DNA of 64,000 bases from Haplodiscus bocki. Lineage: Eukaryota. How positions within the stretch are numbered: the stretch's first letter is position 1; every line of letters begins with the position of its first letter. Where the stretch lies: positions 1 to 64,000 of the forward strand of contig CBFHFQ010000202.1 of assembly GCA_965655095.1 (NCBI GenBank), written 5' to 3'. Below the pieces are notes generated by a model. That model was not told where the DNA came from, did not search any database, and saw only the letters and a program-made list of their open reading frames with translations. Made by a program: the position numbers and the translations under genes. Shown piece after piece: positions 1-13,942 of this stretch.

Positions 1-1076
1 ATAACTTTTATGTCGCTCTAAATCGAAATAAGGGTGTACAAATGGAAAAATTGTAGCAATAGTTCTAGCTGGCCTGTTCCACATTTTACTGTGTCTGTAT
101 TACAACAAAGTTTACCAACTAGTCAAAGTGGAACCAAAATTTCAACTGATAAATTTTATTTTAGAAGATCTCTTTTTTCGAAACTTGTACAGCAACAAAT
201 TGAATAGTTTTTTGAAATAAGAGTTGGAAGTGGAATTGGTATAACAACTTTTGTTATAATAAGATTTCAAGAAAGAGATAGATTGAATAACCAAGAATCA
301 CATAATGATGCCTTCTATAGACGTAATGTTACTTGCGCACAATATAATTTTGGAACAGGAAAGTATCCAGAAGTTGGTATCAATAAGAGTTATGATGAAA
401 AAAATATTCTCAAAGATTTGCTCAGTTTTTACCTTGTTTCGAGAATTCAAAAAAAGATGATTTTCTTCAACCGTTTGAAACACAAAGAGTGTTTAAAACA
501 AACAATATGAGAACTTCCAATGAAAAAAAACTATTGAGAATTGATATAATTGATTTGTTTTCGATATACGAAATCGAAAGATTTTTTCAACAGCTCAACC
601 AAAAAAGTTAATTTTCAATTTTACAAACAACGTTCCTGTTAAGACGGTTCGAATAAGCTCTTGTTTTGACATACAAATTATTATGAACTAATTGTGACGG
701 TCAACGACATTTTGATCTCATATAAATACAAATTACAATTACAAAGATAAGAAGAACTTTGTTTTTCTATTTCCCAAGGAATTGATTACGAAATGTTTAT
801 GTACTTTTGCAGGTCATCACATGAGTTTAAAGCTGCTTTTCTAACTTTTACTGAGCATATTTCATGGTCTCCATTTATAAGAAGACAGTTATCTACATGT
901 TTCCTATAATCCACTTCTCCCATGAAACAAATATAAAAGTTTTAAAATCAATTTCATCTCTGGTGGCTTTGCAAACTCATTTTACATTTGTTTTGTTTAT
1001 TAAACTCTGAACATACAAACGAAAACGATTTTGTCGCCAATATACATTAAGTAGCAATCCAAAGACTTTTCGGAGT

Positions 1077-1276
1077 NNNNNNNNNNNNNNNNNNNNNNNN
1101 NNNNNNNNNNNNNNNNNNNNNNNNNNNNNNNNNNNNNNNNNNNNNNNNNNNNNNNNNNNNNNNNNNNNNNNNNNNNNNNNNNNNNNNNNNNNNNNNNNNN
1201 NNNNNNNNNNNNNNNNNNNNNNNNNNNNNNNNNNNNNNNNNNNNNNNNNNNNNNNNNNNNNNNNNNNNNNNNNNNN
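1077..1276. other. Assembly gap (200 N)
   Basis: Run of N. Confidence 1.
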
Positions 1277-1874
1277 GTACCTACACATGAACAAAATACA
1301 AGGAATGGAATGGGGAGGTGGCTTCTGTGTAGGTACACAAGAATGAATACATATTTTGCTACTCTCTGTAATCTGGTCGAACATGTCTCCACAATATCGT
1401 TCCCAGAATGATCCCACCCTAAAGTGGAGTCCTCAGTTTATCAGTCTGGCGGTTCAATTGATTCAGACCCAGTCGAAGCCTCTCACAAATGGTTTTGCTT
1501 AAAAACAATTTAAAGACTTCAGGCCACAAAAAAACAAAGTTTTCTTCTGGGTAAGGGAAGAACACACAGGAACAAAAACGAAGCAGAACAACTTAACGTG
1601 AACATCGCAACCAAATTGAAGAAAAACTAAAGGAATCTTTCCAAAAACAATCCAATTAGAGCTGTCGCAACTTCTTCAATATTTGAACTAAGAGTTCAAG
1701 TCTTTAAAAGTTCCACCTTTTTATAGACTAGGCGGGTCATAGCCTGCTCACCGCATTTGCAGACCTACCATCTGCAGCTGCAATTCCAAAGCCCCATTAA
1801 AGATCTCCACCATCTCGCGCTTTTACGGTATACATTCCGCTCAAAATGCATTTCATCTTGAAATGTCATTGTAG
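1277..1874 (-). CDS. Candidate host exon pair: exon 1874-1769 and exon 1418-<=1277, joined by a 350-nt GT-AG intron; product unknown
   Basis: On the minus strand there is an acceptor cttttcttttttaatgcag, a 106-nt exon with one open frame, a donor ATG|gtaggt and a second acceptor cactttag|G. The phases join as ...TMTFQDEMHFERNVYRKSARWWRSLMGLWNCSCR-W-VGSFWERYCGDMFDQ..., which runs into the gap. Confidence 0.4.
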
Positions 1875-3483
1875 CTGCATTAAAAAAGAAAAGTCGACCT
1901 CCTGCAACTCAGAATCGTTGTGATGGATCAAATTTACATGGGTTTTTAAGACAAGGTTGTTAGATATATCCTACTACAAAACATTAAAGAAGCTGCAGTA
2001 ATTAGAAATATTATTTTCTGGGGTTAATATAAAGGTTTGGTTTTGTGAAAACCCGCCAATAAACTCCCAGCCAATCTACTGTAAAGATATTTTAACCATA
2101 TAGACGCATACGCTGCCGAAGAACGAGAGAAAAGTGCTCGTTAACCCGTGGCAAAACAGCGACGAATATCGGTGTTTCGTAAAAAATTAGCTGCGATTAC
2201 CGGTGGTTCGTGGAAACATAGCACCAATCGCCGACTTTCTCATGTTGGTTCTGTTTTTGATCAGAACGTGTTTCCTTGATGTGTATTACTTTTCTGGACC
2301 AAACCTAAAAACCTTACCTCTTTATAATTTTGCAAAGTGAAGTAGAGGTTGAATTTGGAAAGTTTTATCCTTTCTTGTAGAAAAGCGCGGGTATAAATTA
2401 CTGTGGCGGCGGCAGGTAATGGCCTCGGCAAACTAACCTACTTGCATTTATAGGTAAAACTTCTCCGCAGGTATTGCAGCCTCTCATTTTTTCTCACCGG
2501 GAGGTTTGCAACGATTTCCTCTCTAAGCACCAGTATGAAATGAACATCTTGACTCTTGTCAAAGACGGGTGTCGCTCGATGCATGGGAAAAAGAAAGAAA
2601 TTGAAACTTTCAACTTTGCCTAGAGCGGCAAGTTACTACTACTTCGTTTGTTGTTTGAGTCAACACAGCGGTGAGAGTGCGAGTTCGTGTGTGTAATGAG
2701 CAACGGGGTCTCAAAAAGCTTACTCCTTTATATTACGAAAATGGGTGCTTTGCTTAACCGCGGAGACAATTGTTGGGGGAATTCAAGTAGCAAGGATCCA
2801 TGAGCCAAGGAGGGGCAATGCAAAAGAACTATTCATCAATTCAGTGTATGGAGGAAATGAAAAACAATCGAGTGAATCAGATTGCAACTGCGTAGTACGA
2901 GGAGACTCAATCAACAAAAATGTAAGAAACAGAAAAAGGAAACAGGGAAAGCAAAAGTCCATTCTTACAACCAGCTTAGTGAATAGTCGTGATTAAAGAA
3001 ACAAATATTCAGTATTTTATTTAAAAAATGTCCCAAGCAATGAACATTCTAACTGATTTTTTACCTCAATTTACCTACAGACACTCCATTTTAAAGATGA
3101 TGTGGGGATTTTTGCCGACAAGAGAACGACAGTGAACTGGTCAAATCAATGACTGCCAACAATTTAAACGAACTGATTAAAACCAAGCACATAAATGTAA
3201 TCCCAAATGCAAGCATAGATGGAACAAAATAGTCCAGAAGAAATTGAGAACAATTCAAGGTTCGACGAGGTTTTTCTTCATACTGTTCCGGTTTTCAAGT
3301 TAGGGCGAAGACTTATTGTTCGTTTTTTCTAGCACCTTCCTTCTTTTGTTTTGTTTCTGTTTGGTTTAACACTTACTTTTAATTCAATGTGATAATTTGT
3401 TAATAAATCTTTTATCTACACTCGGCACCTGAGGGTTCGCCATCAAACTGCTTAGTTCTTAACAATATTTTTGCTTTTTGCAG

Positions 3484-3601
3484 CAATCAAAGTATCAAGA
3501 TCAAGCTTTGAGGTTGAGGAGGACTACATTTTTGTTTTTTCACAACTAATATCGACTCTGATGATATACGATTCAAACTCTACCGAGACATCTACCCAGT
3601 G
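3484..3601 (+). CDS. Candidate isolated internal exon, product unknown
   Basis: Acceptor tttttgctttttgcag, donor GTG|gtaagt, and one frame open across 118 nt (IKVSRSSFEVEEDYIFV...). No partner exons were confidently found. Confidence 0.3.
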
Positions 3602-3699
3602 GTAAGTGGAAATATTTAGATATAGAGATTCCAATTACCCGCTCTGAGTTCGACCAGCGAACGTGCATGAGATTTGGCTTTTTAGATTTATCAAGGTTT

Positions 3700-4870
3700 T
3701 TTACACGCTGCTACCTTGCTAAACACAGGCCACTCGCTTAAATCTATTAGTTTTTGTTTCTTCAGAGAAGACTTTTGTTCAGCGAGATTTGTGGAGAGGA
3801 GACTTTTTGGATGGGAAAAAACTACTGCACCTCGTGACATCACAAGGTTTTTTTCAGTAGATCCAGAAAGAATGATGTTTCAATTGAGTTCTCTTGGTTT
3901 AAGACATTCCGTTGGGAAACGGGCTCTATTTCACGTCTGAATTAACGGAACAACTAGGATTTGACCAGAAGGTTAAACTCAATCTGGGCTAACAAAACTT
4001 GAAATTAACGAATATCATCGCTGCGGTATTGTTATGTGCGAGATGATGTTTCAGCTGAGCTCTTATCTAAGTTACGAGTGTAAGTTTTGAAACTGTGGAT
4101 AAGACAGAGATATGAAAAATAGGAATTGTCGTTGGAAATTCTGGAGGCAAGGAGAAGAAGTTTTAACCGAGACAGGAAGGGGGATTTTCCTAAAACTTTT
4201 TGTGGGATTGGCGAATAAATTGTGGCTAAAAGAGGAAAAAGAGCTGCCTCAGAAAAATGTTTGGGAATGGAGATAAAATTGTGCCTGAGAGAAATGTGGA
4301 AAAAATTTGAGGAAAAAAGATGGTTTTTTGGCTAAGACGCTTAGAAAACTGTCTTAAAAAACTGGAGGGTTTGAGGTTTGGGCTTGGAGTTTATTCAGGA
4401 GGAGCGATAAGAGAAGCAATTTGGACATGCAATACTTTGTCCAGAAAGAGCAAAGGGAAAGGACTTAGAACTTGTACTTAGAATTCGCCCAAAGGAGCAA
4501 AAGGAGAAGTTGAAGTTGAATTAGGAAAAATTGAATAGATAAACAGGGAGGGCAAGAAGAGAGGATTAAGTTAGAAGAAGAACAAGAACTCTCATGAGTA
4601 AAAAGGAAAGAGAACTTGTGATTGATCTGGTTTGGCAGATTGACTCTAAATTGACAACATGCTGAAATATCGTGCATTCAAGACGAGAATAGATCATTCA
4701 AAGCTTTTTAGCAGAAGGAACCAATTCAAGATTGTTACGTTAACAAACAAAATAGCGTTTTTTCATAAAACAAAATTATGCAATCGCAGGACTTCATTTA
4801 TTCCATCAACCTTATGTACTTTAATATTGTTGCCATCAAGATCCACCTCATTCAAAGTCTCGCTGTGAAG
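3700..4870 (-). pseudogene. Possible very decayed LINE ORF1-like remnant
   Basis: Pro/Ser-rich low-complexity minus-strand sequence followed by an NIILSG-type RRM start near 3870; heavily interrupted. Confidence 0.25.
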
Positions 4871-5759
4871 GAGTAATCAAACAATTATTGCTCAAACGTC
4901 ACGTGCAACGCGACGCTAGTTTGCTTATCGTCTACTATATTAAAGTTTTGAAAAACTGAAAAGAAATTACTTTTGGAAAAGAATTGTTTAACGTGTTCCC
5001 CTTTTTTCTGGTGCGAAAAACAAAACAAGGCGGCTGCGACTCAGTCAAGCCTTTAGTTAGTCGCGGGTGAATTATACTTTAACTTTTGACGTCTTATATG
5101 CCCCCCTTTTGTGATTTTGACTGTTTTCAATTGTAAATCATCCGGCGCCGTTGTTACATTATAATGTAAAAGATTGAATCTTCTGTGAAACGTTTTCAGT
5201 TCAGTTTTCAAAAACGTAACATTATACAACGTAAAGGTCATAGTTTCCTAGACAAGATCTGTTTTGTTTGCAGGTTCCTTCCCAAAGTTCATCCACAAAA
5301 ATGTATCAGTTTTTTTAAACATATCAAACCAAACGACGTTTTGTCGCTGAAACTCTGTGGCATCTGGTGCATTCATCCGGGAAAAGATCATCAAAACTGA
5401 CACTCAGCACCGTCATCATAATTTGCGTGCGTCTTTTTTGGAAGGAGTAGATGAAAATACGTTTTTTTTTTCAGCGAAGGGCAGTTCATCTTCTTTTATC
5501 AAAAAAATGCTACAAAGGATGCATCGGCGAGTCTTCGAATGATAGCGGCCATATGTGCAAAGACATGAGTGACCTTAAAGAATATGAGAAATTGTTAGAA
5601 TTCTGCTTTCCATGCCCATCAAAACTTTTCGAATCAATGAAAAAGCATAAACTCCAAGAGACAAGTTGAAAAATTTTCTACTCCTGCAGTTTTCAAAGTG
5701 CTTCTGTATTGTAACATTGAGTCTGGAGATATAACCAAAAACCTCTGAGTTTTTATTTT

Positions 5760-6092
5760 CCGCCTATTTTTAATTTATGAAAGAAAATCATTCACTCAAA
5801 ACTCTCAAATAGGAAACTAATTCTCTAAAGTTGAGTTGCCAATTGATAATGTCGATTTTTGACGCTATATTCCGGTTCTGACCTTGAGAAATTGTTATTT
5901 GCAAAGTCTGAAACTTTTACTGTAGAATGCGATTGAGGCATTAGGGTTTTTCAAAGTATTTAGAAACTCTGGTTTTGATGAAAGAAATGATGAGCTTTCT
6001 ATAAAATACTTTTTCTGAATTCGCCTAAGTTTGCCATTCTGCTGTAGTTATGGTATCACAAAACATTACTTATATTAGCGGATTTGAGGTGA
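5760..6092 (+). repeat. Dispersed non-autonomous repeat family, copy 1 (partial)
   Basis: Aligns by eye (aaaatcattcactcaaaa...ttctgacctt...gtagaatgcga) with 15520-15845 and with the reverse complement of 14400-14895. Confidence 0.65.
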
Positions 6093-6099
6093 TAATCCT

Positions 6100-9000
6100 C
6101 ATAAACAGTTCCTTATTGTATACGGCTAACAAAAACCGTCAAAAGGGATAGGCAGTCATCGAATTGTGTTCTCAATGCAATTCAAACACAGTCGATGACA
6201 CTGGCAATTGGCTCGAGTGTGCCCTGTGTTCCAGTTTGAGCTATCTGATTTGCTATATACTTACCGCAGATAAATTTGATTTACTCACATCTTTTTGCAT
6301 GTAATAAATGTTTGAGTTGAAACAAAAAGTTGACTTTGACGGCAGCTGATGTGCAATGTCTGAAAAAAGATATCGTAAATTGTCATGGAAACTAGCTTAG
6401 TCAATCTAAATTTTTGCAGACAAACTGGGTAAACAAGTTCATGAGCCAAACTCTGATTTCGTTTCAGCTACTTTTTACAACCACAACCTTCAAAGGAAAC
6501 TTGATTGGGTACCCGAACATGAATCTTAAAAACGGACGGAACGAGTTTTGTCTGATGCTATATTAGTTACTGATATACTTTTCTGTCTTGTTTCATCATC
6601 AGCTCACAAAATCACCGACATCAAACTGAAGATATAAAACGTTAGAAAACGGAACCACCGTTGAAGTGAAAAAGGCACCTTTAGGAACCAGAAGACCCCG
6701 ACTTGCAAGTGTCTGCCTTAAAAGTTAATGGGATGTCAGAAATTGCTAATCCAGCTCGAATACTTTAAGATCCAGTAACTTTAACTCCGTCTGTGCCTCA
6801 TTTTCCTTATCTTCATCAGTCAAGCTGAACAACGGAAGCTTCATAAATTACATTTTTAGTTTGCCTCTGCAAAATTTATCCCCGAAATTGAAATGAAGAT
6901 ACACAGCCATTCAATCGAAGACAAAGTACTTTAACATTGTATTTAAAATTATTATCTAATTACTGGCATCCATGCATCTAATTTAGATGCCAGGACATGA
7001 AAAATTGACTGATAATTAACTATTACGGCGAATCTTTCTAATGTACAAAACTTCTTGTCAATCTGCTAAAATACTAAACCATATTCAATGTCAACAGCCA
7101 GATTTAGTTTTCTTATCTGAAACATGGCTCAACTCTGAAGTTGATAACTATGAGGGCTTTCTTTTCATGGATCTGTACGTGTTTATCAGATCGGACACGA
7201 AAATTGGTTCTCATGCTGGTATAATAGTTGCCTACGAATTTATTTTAAACCAGCTTATCACTGACATTTACTTCTGTGATTCTAGTGCCTCCTTTATAAC
7301 GAATGACTATGCGCTAACATCACTCTTTTTCTTCATACTATGTTACAATCCACCAAAAACTCATCCTTTTCCAACAAAGAGAACTTGCTACGCTATTTAG
7401 TAATCTAAAGGTCGAAGTTAGCACTTGTGGAAGGAAAGCAATTTGTCATAGAAATTAAAAAACGCAACGTTTTGTTTGTTGGTCACTTCAATTACCCAGA
7501 TGCCGATTAGGACAATCTAACTATTAATTCGAACCACAAATTATACCTTGTGGTTTTTGATGAGTTAAATCTCTGCCAAGTTCTTTGAACATCTACACAC
7601 ATCAAAGCTATTATGCTGGACATGGTGGCTACGTCTAATAGCAAACTACTGGAAGTCTTTGCTCTTGAATATGAATTTTTTGAAAATTATTCAGTAAACA
7701 TTACAGTTTTTGTCAAGAATTTTCAAAAAAATTCGAAATTCTCAACTCCAGTAAATTCCAAATCATCGTTTGATAATTTTTGTTTTGTTGATTTCTCGTG
7801 GGCCTGTTTATCATTTTCTCAAGTTTTTGGCAGATCTCACAGAACATGCGCTGAATTAATTTATCATAAATTCTCTGAAACACAACTGCTAAAGAAAAGC
7901 AAAACGTGTTGTGAATTTCCTTACTAATTCTTGTCTCCTGTTCTTCATTTGGCCAACAAACTTCGTTCTGCATTGAAAAACAAGTTCACTAAAGTATGCC
8001 TTCACCGAGTTCGTTGAACTTGACAAAGCTGTTTCGTTTAATTCACTCGTTCTGAAAAGTGTTAATCAAATCTACAAGTTCGTCAGACACTTCCAACAAC
8101 ACTCAAATATTCCCTGAGATCCTCCGCTACCAACCAAACCCAATAACTAATGACTTTGATATTGCTGAAGTTCTTAAAAACGTCTTCGCGGCAACATTTA
8201 CCACACCTTGACCATTGGAACAATATAAGAAGTTCTTAGTTTCAGAAGATGTCCTCAATAGTGTCAGGCTTACACATGTTTTTCTTTCAACCAATTCAAT
8301 TGCGAAGTTTTTTGGCCAACAGTAACAGCAACCAGTCAAATGATCTAGTCGCTCCTTCTGCATACCATTGTGCATGTGATGTCTTTTCCCCTCTAGCTTT
8401 AGCAGTGATCTAAAATACTCTAAAATCTTTCGAATTGCCTCGTGAATGAAAATTTTTGATTGTATAGCCCATCAACGGGTCAGATCTTCTGAACAAATTT
8501 GAAAACTGCAAACCAATTCACATCCTGCCGCTTTTATCTCTTGCGCTTGAGCATAAACTCAGTAAATTTTAACGGAGTATATTGATTTTGAGGTTCAATT
8601 AGGCTCAACACGTCTTCGTAGCTCAGTAGTCACTAGATACTCAACTCATTGCCAAGCTTGAAGAAGTCCAGCTGCTGTTGGTAGTGCAAACTCTACAGTT
8701 GCACCTTAATTCGACTTTGTTGAGGCTTTTGACTCTGTTCCATACTCTAGATTGTTCACAAAACTTTTTAAATATAGCCTAGATCATGAGACAAAAAAAT
8801 TCCAACACTATGCCCATTTCAAGCGGAGTTCACCAGGGTAGTACACTCGGTCTTTTTTTCTTTGTCTTCTATGTTAATGAAATATCAAACTACATTGACT
8901 GCCCGGTCCATTTATACGCTGACGATATCAAACTGGTCGATCAAAAGTACGACAACCTTTTCCAACACCTTGCCCCATTTAAAGAGTGGTAATCAGAAAT

Positions 9001-9820
9001 TTGTTTATTAAAACATCAGACTAAAAGCAAAAAATTTGTTTTCAACAGCGGGGCAAAATATGTTCTTTCTGTTCCTTAGTGAAATGCTCCGTCTATCAAA
9101 GTTCTTCGTGTTATATTCTCAAAAGGTTTCAGTTGAATCCAAAATGAACAACTTCTTTCAGTTCATACGCAAAACTGTTTTTTTTTAATGCATCCAGAAG
9201 TCAAAAGTTCATACTTCTTGAGATCTCTGTTTTCTCTAGGACGATTTTCAGCGTACCGGTTTGGTTGCTGCTACTGAAAACCTGAAAAAAAGTTTTGAAA
9301 CGAGAGCTTTAACATGGGCCTTTGAAAATCAGAAACACAAAATTCTCTTTTGTTCATCCTTGCCTATCTACTACTTTATCATCATTAAACAAAATATTCT
9401 CTTCGGGAAAGTTTATCAATTTAGAATCATCAGAAAAGTTTTTATGCTCAATCCGTTCCTTTACCTCTTCGCTCTGAACGCTACCCTTGCTTCAAAACTA
9501 TAGATGATTTCGAACGAAGTGTAAGAAAAATTTCTTTTTCAGGTGTCGCCTACCAAATCGCTAACAAAGTCTCGAAAAGTGGCTGGATATACATGACCAT
9601 ACTTCAACTGTAACATGTAAAGTGTGCTCCAATTAATTAATTCCAACAACGAACTACCTTTTGCTTCAATGAACGTGTACGAACACTTGGAATCTAGATT
9701 GTGACTGTTCTCATTGTAATTTCTTTATACCTAATCACCATTTGAAACTTTCATGAATCGCATTCTTGTAAAACCGCACGAGAAGTAAACTTTCTAGTGA
9801 AAGTAATAAAAGTATTATTA
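6100..9820 (+). mobile_element. Decayed CR1/L2-like non-LTR retrotransposon (LINE A)
   Basis: ORF1 PHD remnant CSQC...WLECALC at ~6165-6250. APE motif PDLVFLSETWL at ~7100. RT motifs SGVHQGSTLG and YADD at 8820-8925. C-terminal TW...CDCSHC at ~9680-9720. AATAAA and a (TAT)n-like end at ~9805-9820. Many stops and frameshifts. Confidence 0.9.
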
Positions 9821-10044
9821 GTTACGTCTTGCCCCGAAAAGACAGGGCTTTTAGTAATTCTCAATCCGAAATCTGACAGTAGGGATTACTTTCGGGGATG
9901 GCCTACTTTGTTATTTCCAAAAAACGAAGTTACCAAGTAAAATTAACGAGGTTTCCGAGTCAACATAAGTTGCAAGAAAACTCTGCATCTTTGTGTTTTT
10001 GTATCGTTTTAATTTTTGTTTGCCAGAAAAATCATTTTTGAAAA

Positions 10045-13000
10045 AGATGGCATATACGGACTTAAAGCAGTTTGAAAAAAATTGAAAAATAGCTTGATTC
10101 TTTTGTAACCTAACTGTTAATTAACCTTATTAAATAACTGAAGGGATGAGCCGGCGAGGCCATGGTGGAAGCCGAAGAAAAAGGCAACCCAAAACGCGTG
10201 GAAAATGCGAAAAGGTGTATTGAAAAAAAAGAAGCTGTTGTTTGTGACAATTGCGAACAATGGATCTATAGAACATGTACTGGTATACCACCTGAGGCGT
10301 AACAATTTCTAACCCAAATAACAAATTGTCTTCGGGTATGTGAAAAGCATAAAGACTCAGCTTTTCAAATCCTCAAAGATGACGCAAAACCAGGTTGTTC
10401 GCCAATTTCTTTTGCTCCAGAAATCCTGATGGAAGTGTAGAAATGGTGTTCAGAGGCCGTGTTAATACTTACAGACAGAAAAAAAAGATTGTCCCAAAAA
10501 TGAAGTCGATCGTTAATTCAGTATTAGAAAAAGGATAATCAATTTATCGGAGCCAGTAGCAGACACAACAAATCAACTTGGACAGAAAGCGATTGACAAT
10601 ATGCGGAAAATGCAGGACATTTTGGGAGAAGCCAAGGCACAAATTGAAAATGCCGTTTGGCTTGGCAAATCCAATGACAAGAAAAAAACCCCACGCTACC
10701 TTATTCTGACACTCAGTATAACTCGGGCATATGAAAATATATTTGTCAAGTGGCATAAACCGATGGAAATCTGCAAAGCAAACGTCATTATTACACAAGC
10801 ATTAGCGGATGAAGGAAATGAAAAGGAGAAACGTCTGTTGAAACGACAATTCGAGCTGATTAATGAAGGAACCAAAAAGATGGACATACGCTTTTACAAC
10901 TTACGCCTGTTTGTTAAATGTGAAAAGAAATTGGCTATTGAGTGTCTAGTAGTCATAGATTGGCTATTAGAAAGAACGTTATGTTATTGAACGTACGTTT
11001 TTTGAAAAAAAAAATATGACGGCGGAAAAATTCCGTTTGATCTTTTGCTTAGAAAATATTATCTGGCATTCATTACAGAAACATGGATATACGAAAATAT
11101 GGATTCAATTTCGATTTCGGTATCAAACTGCAAGGCATATCGCCATGATAAAAAATCGGGGAATTTCGAAGAATATGCGGCTGGACGAGTTCTTGAATAT
11201 GATCACAACCAATAACCTAGAGCAATCAACTATTGAAGGCTCACATGTGTTTGAATTTTTGTGGTTGAAATTGGTGATTGACGGAAAGATAATTGTTTTT
11301 GTTTTGGCATATTACCCATTCTTTTAGCGGAATCTGCATGAACAAGAAAAATTTCAAATTCACAGAATTAGTAAAATTGTAATCACAGCTGCAATGTTTA
11401 GCCAGTTTTACGTTCTCATTGGCAACTTTAAAGGATTTGACAGCCAAGGGTTCTTGGAATTAACAAACTTGGATTTGTTTTAAACAGAAAGAACACATGG
11501 TACTAATTTGCTTGACAAAATTTTCAGCAGTGATCACTTTTTAAATGATCGGGAGCCTGACACAATTATCCCAGTTGTTAACACGGATCATTTAGCTCTT
11601 ACATTTCCAATTCAGTGCAAAAAGTCCCGGCATGTTTTCAGCACATTCAAGAACGACAAGGAACTCAAAAGGTTAGTTATTCAGTACTACTGAGGAGCAA
11701 CAGTTTCGGTTATGTAGTTGAACAGAAAATTACGACGAAATGTGCAATGAGTTATTCAAACTTTATTATTCTGTTTTGGCTGGAACACGTCTCATTAGAA
11801 AAGTGAAGATGTTTACGGATGAACCGCTTTATATGACTCATGCATTGAAAGTTCTGCGCAAGAAGAAGCAAAGATTGCAACAAAATTGGCGCTTTTGCTG
11901 AGTTAAGACTATCGAAATGCAAACTAAGCATAATTTAATGAACTCAGCATCACCAGAAAGAAGTGAAACAAACTCTCGTGGGTGGTGGAAATTTGTCGAT
12001 TCCAAGCGTAAAAAAGAAACCCATATAAAGTGCGAAGTGTCTGAATTGATCATAAAGACGTATTTTGCCACTACTTGCACCAATACTGAAGACTGAAAAC
12101 CATCCCATTCTGATGTGGGTAATTGCGAAGCACCAACTTTTAACGTTTACCTTGACTTCAGAAGTCTTAAATCTTTTGAGAGAATGTCAAAGGGATTTCA
12201 TTAGATTTTTTTGAGTATTTAAAAGAAATGCAGACGTATTAGCTGAAATTGTGACATTTTTTGAATTTCTGTTTGAAGAATGGACGATTACCAAGTTCAA
12301 TGAAAATGGCCAAAGTTGTTTTTTTTACTGAAGATAAAATCTTCTTAAACAACTGGTGACTTCAGACCTGTACCAGTAACACCAAGTTTTGCCAGAGTCT
12401 TCAAAAAATAGTTATTCAGATGCTCCATTCAGCCACATTGTTTCAAGAATTTGAACAAAAACCAGTTCAGGTTCAAAAGAATGTGTTCAACATACGACGC
12501 ACTAATAGGTATACAGAATTACTCAGTGAGAAAAGAAAACCTTGGGTATCATTAGGTACGCAAAATTCTTTTAGATCTATCTAAAGCCTTGGATCGGCTG
12601 AGGCACTGGGACATTATGGAAGCCTTGAGACGAATGAAATCTACCCTTAACTCTTGTCATCAACCTTGGCATTGATCATCTAGAAGGTCGTACACAGAGG
12701 GTTGTTTTCCAAGGTGACATATCAGACATTCTACCATTGAATCAAGGAACGCCCCAAAGAAAATTAATTTTAACGGCATTTTATCATGTGCCTGTTGCAG
12801 ATATTGGTTCCTTTTTTATTACTGAGAGTCCCTTTCCATTTTTTGCAGATGACACCAATGTTTTGTGCGCTGGTTTTATATGTCCAATTTGGGGACAGCC
12901 GACTGATAACGCTCAAACTAAACTTCAATGGTTTGAAGAAACGTTCTCAAAAAGAAGTTTTCTTCTGGCGGCAAAATCGTCTAAGGAATGGAATGTTTGG

Positions 13001-13630
13001 CTCAACATAAAGAGAAAATGCCATATACCGTTTACTCATAACAATACTAGATATAGATAGTTCGAAGTGCTTGAAAATATTTTTGATCAACACCTGAAAA
13101 TCATTGAACACATTTCTAGAGCAACTTCGAGAGCTTCGTCGACATTATTTTTAGTGCTCAGAATGAAACGTCTTGGGTTTGATGTCACGAAGTGAGGAAT
13201 TTTGGACCAAAATTTGGTCTTGCCAAAATTGACATATGGAATTACTGCCTACTCCATGGGCTGGTTGTTCAGCGTCCAATTTGCAAAAACTTGACCAGGT
13301 TTAAAGGCGAGAAGTTCGTAGGGGCGTTTTTTTAATACAAGCGTATTGGATACTGTATTAGGTTACGCGACGGATATTTGATGATGAAATTCAAAAATAA
13401 TGGGACACATCCGCTCAGAAGTTTCATCAAGGGGAGATCAGACTTTGCTCGAAGATCCATGCGAGATCTTCGTGCTGGATGTCAAGGAGCAGAGAACAAC
13501 TGGCACTTCAAAATTTTTCCCTGTAGATTTTTAAAACCTTTCATTATTTAAATATATTGTCATTGAATCAAGATTTTATATCTTCATCTCTAATTCATTC
13601 TATTCCATCTAATCTATTCGATTCTATTCT
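10045..13630 (+). mobile_element. Decayed CR1/L2-like non-LTR retrotransposon (LINE B)
   Basis: ORF1 PHD remnant VCDNCEQWIYRTCTG at ~10240-10290 and an RRM/CTD region at 10601-10940. ORF2 remnants LLNVR, LDKIFS...TDH, DLSKALD, QGTPQ and FADD (~12841). Degenerate (ATTCT)n-like tail at ~13590-13630. Confidence 0.9.
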
Positions 13631-13699
13631 TCCGCTTTTCTGCGCCTCAACTAGGGTTCCTTTTACGGGTAGGGCAGACATTAAAATCATCCTCAAAAG

Positions 13700-13942
13700 T
13701 CACGTCAGGTCTTTTTGTTTGCTGGTGGGTCTTAGTAGTAGTGGTCGTTTTTAGAAAAGTTTTTTTGACCTAAATTGTTAGATTGTGAGGTTTTTCGGCA
13801 ATTTTTTTAAGTTGGAAAATTTGGTAACTAAGATGAAGAACGAGAATACTCTGGAAAAAAACGCTTTCATCCTTCTAAAAGGCATCTTTTCCACAATGTG
13901 GAAGGCCTAAATTTTGGCAGTCGTAGCTTTCCGTCCTGTTTT
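13700..13942 (+). repeat. Dispersed repeat family, copy 2 (terminal part)
   Basis: ctttcatccttctaaaaggcatc...ggaagg...gtagc...ccgtcctgtt matches the reverse complement of 14400-14500. Confidence 0.65.

Noticed and set aside
1277-1336. 11-bp inverted repeat gtacctacaca / tgtgtaggtac
   Set aside because: It abuts the gap and could be chance or an assembly edge effect.
977-1417. Long ORFs 977-1417 and 1000-1392 (likewise 39174-39580)
   Set aside because: Their length is an artefact of reading through the N gaps.
2416-2470. Tiny intron-like sequence (gtaat...ctaac...tatag)
   Set aside because: No convincing flanking coding exons.
2741-3260. Short + strand ORFs and exon-like pieces
   Set aside because: Interrupted by stops and without a recognisable motif.
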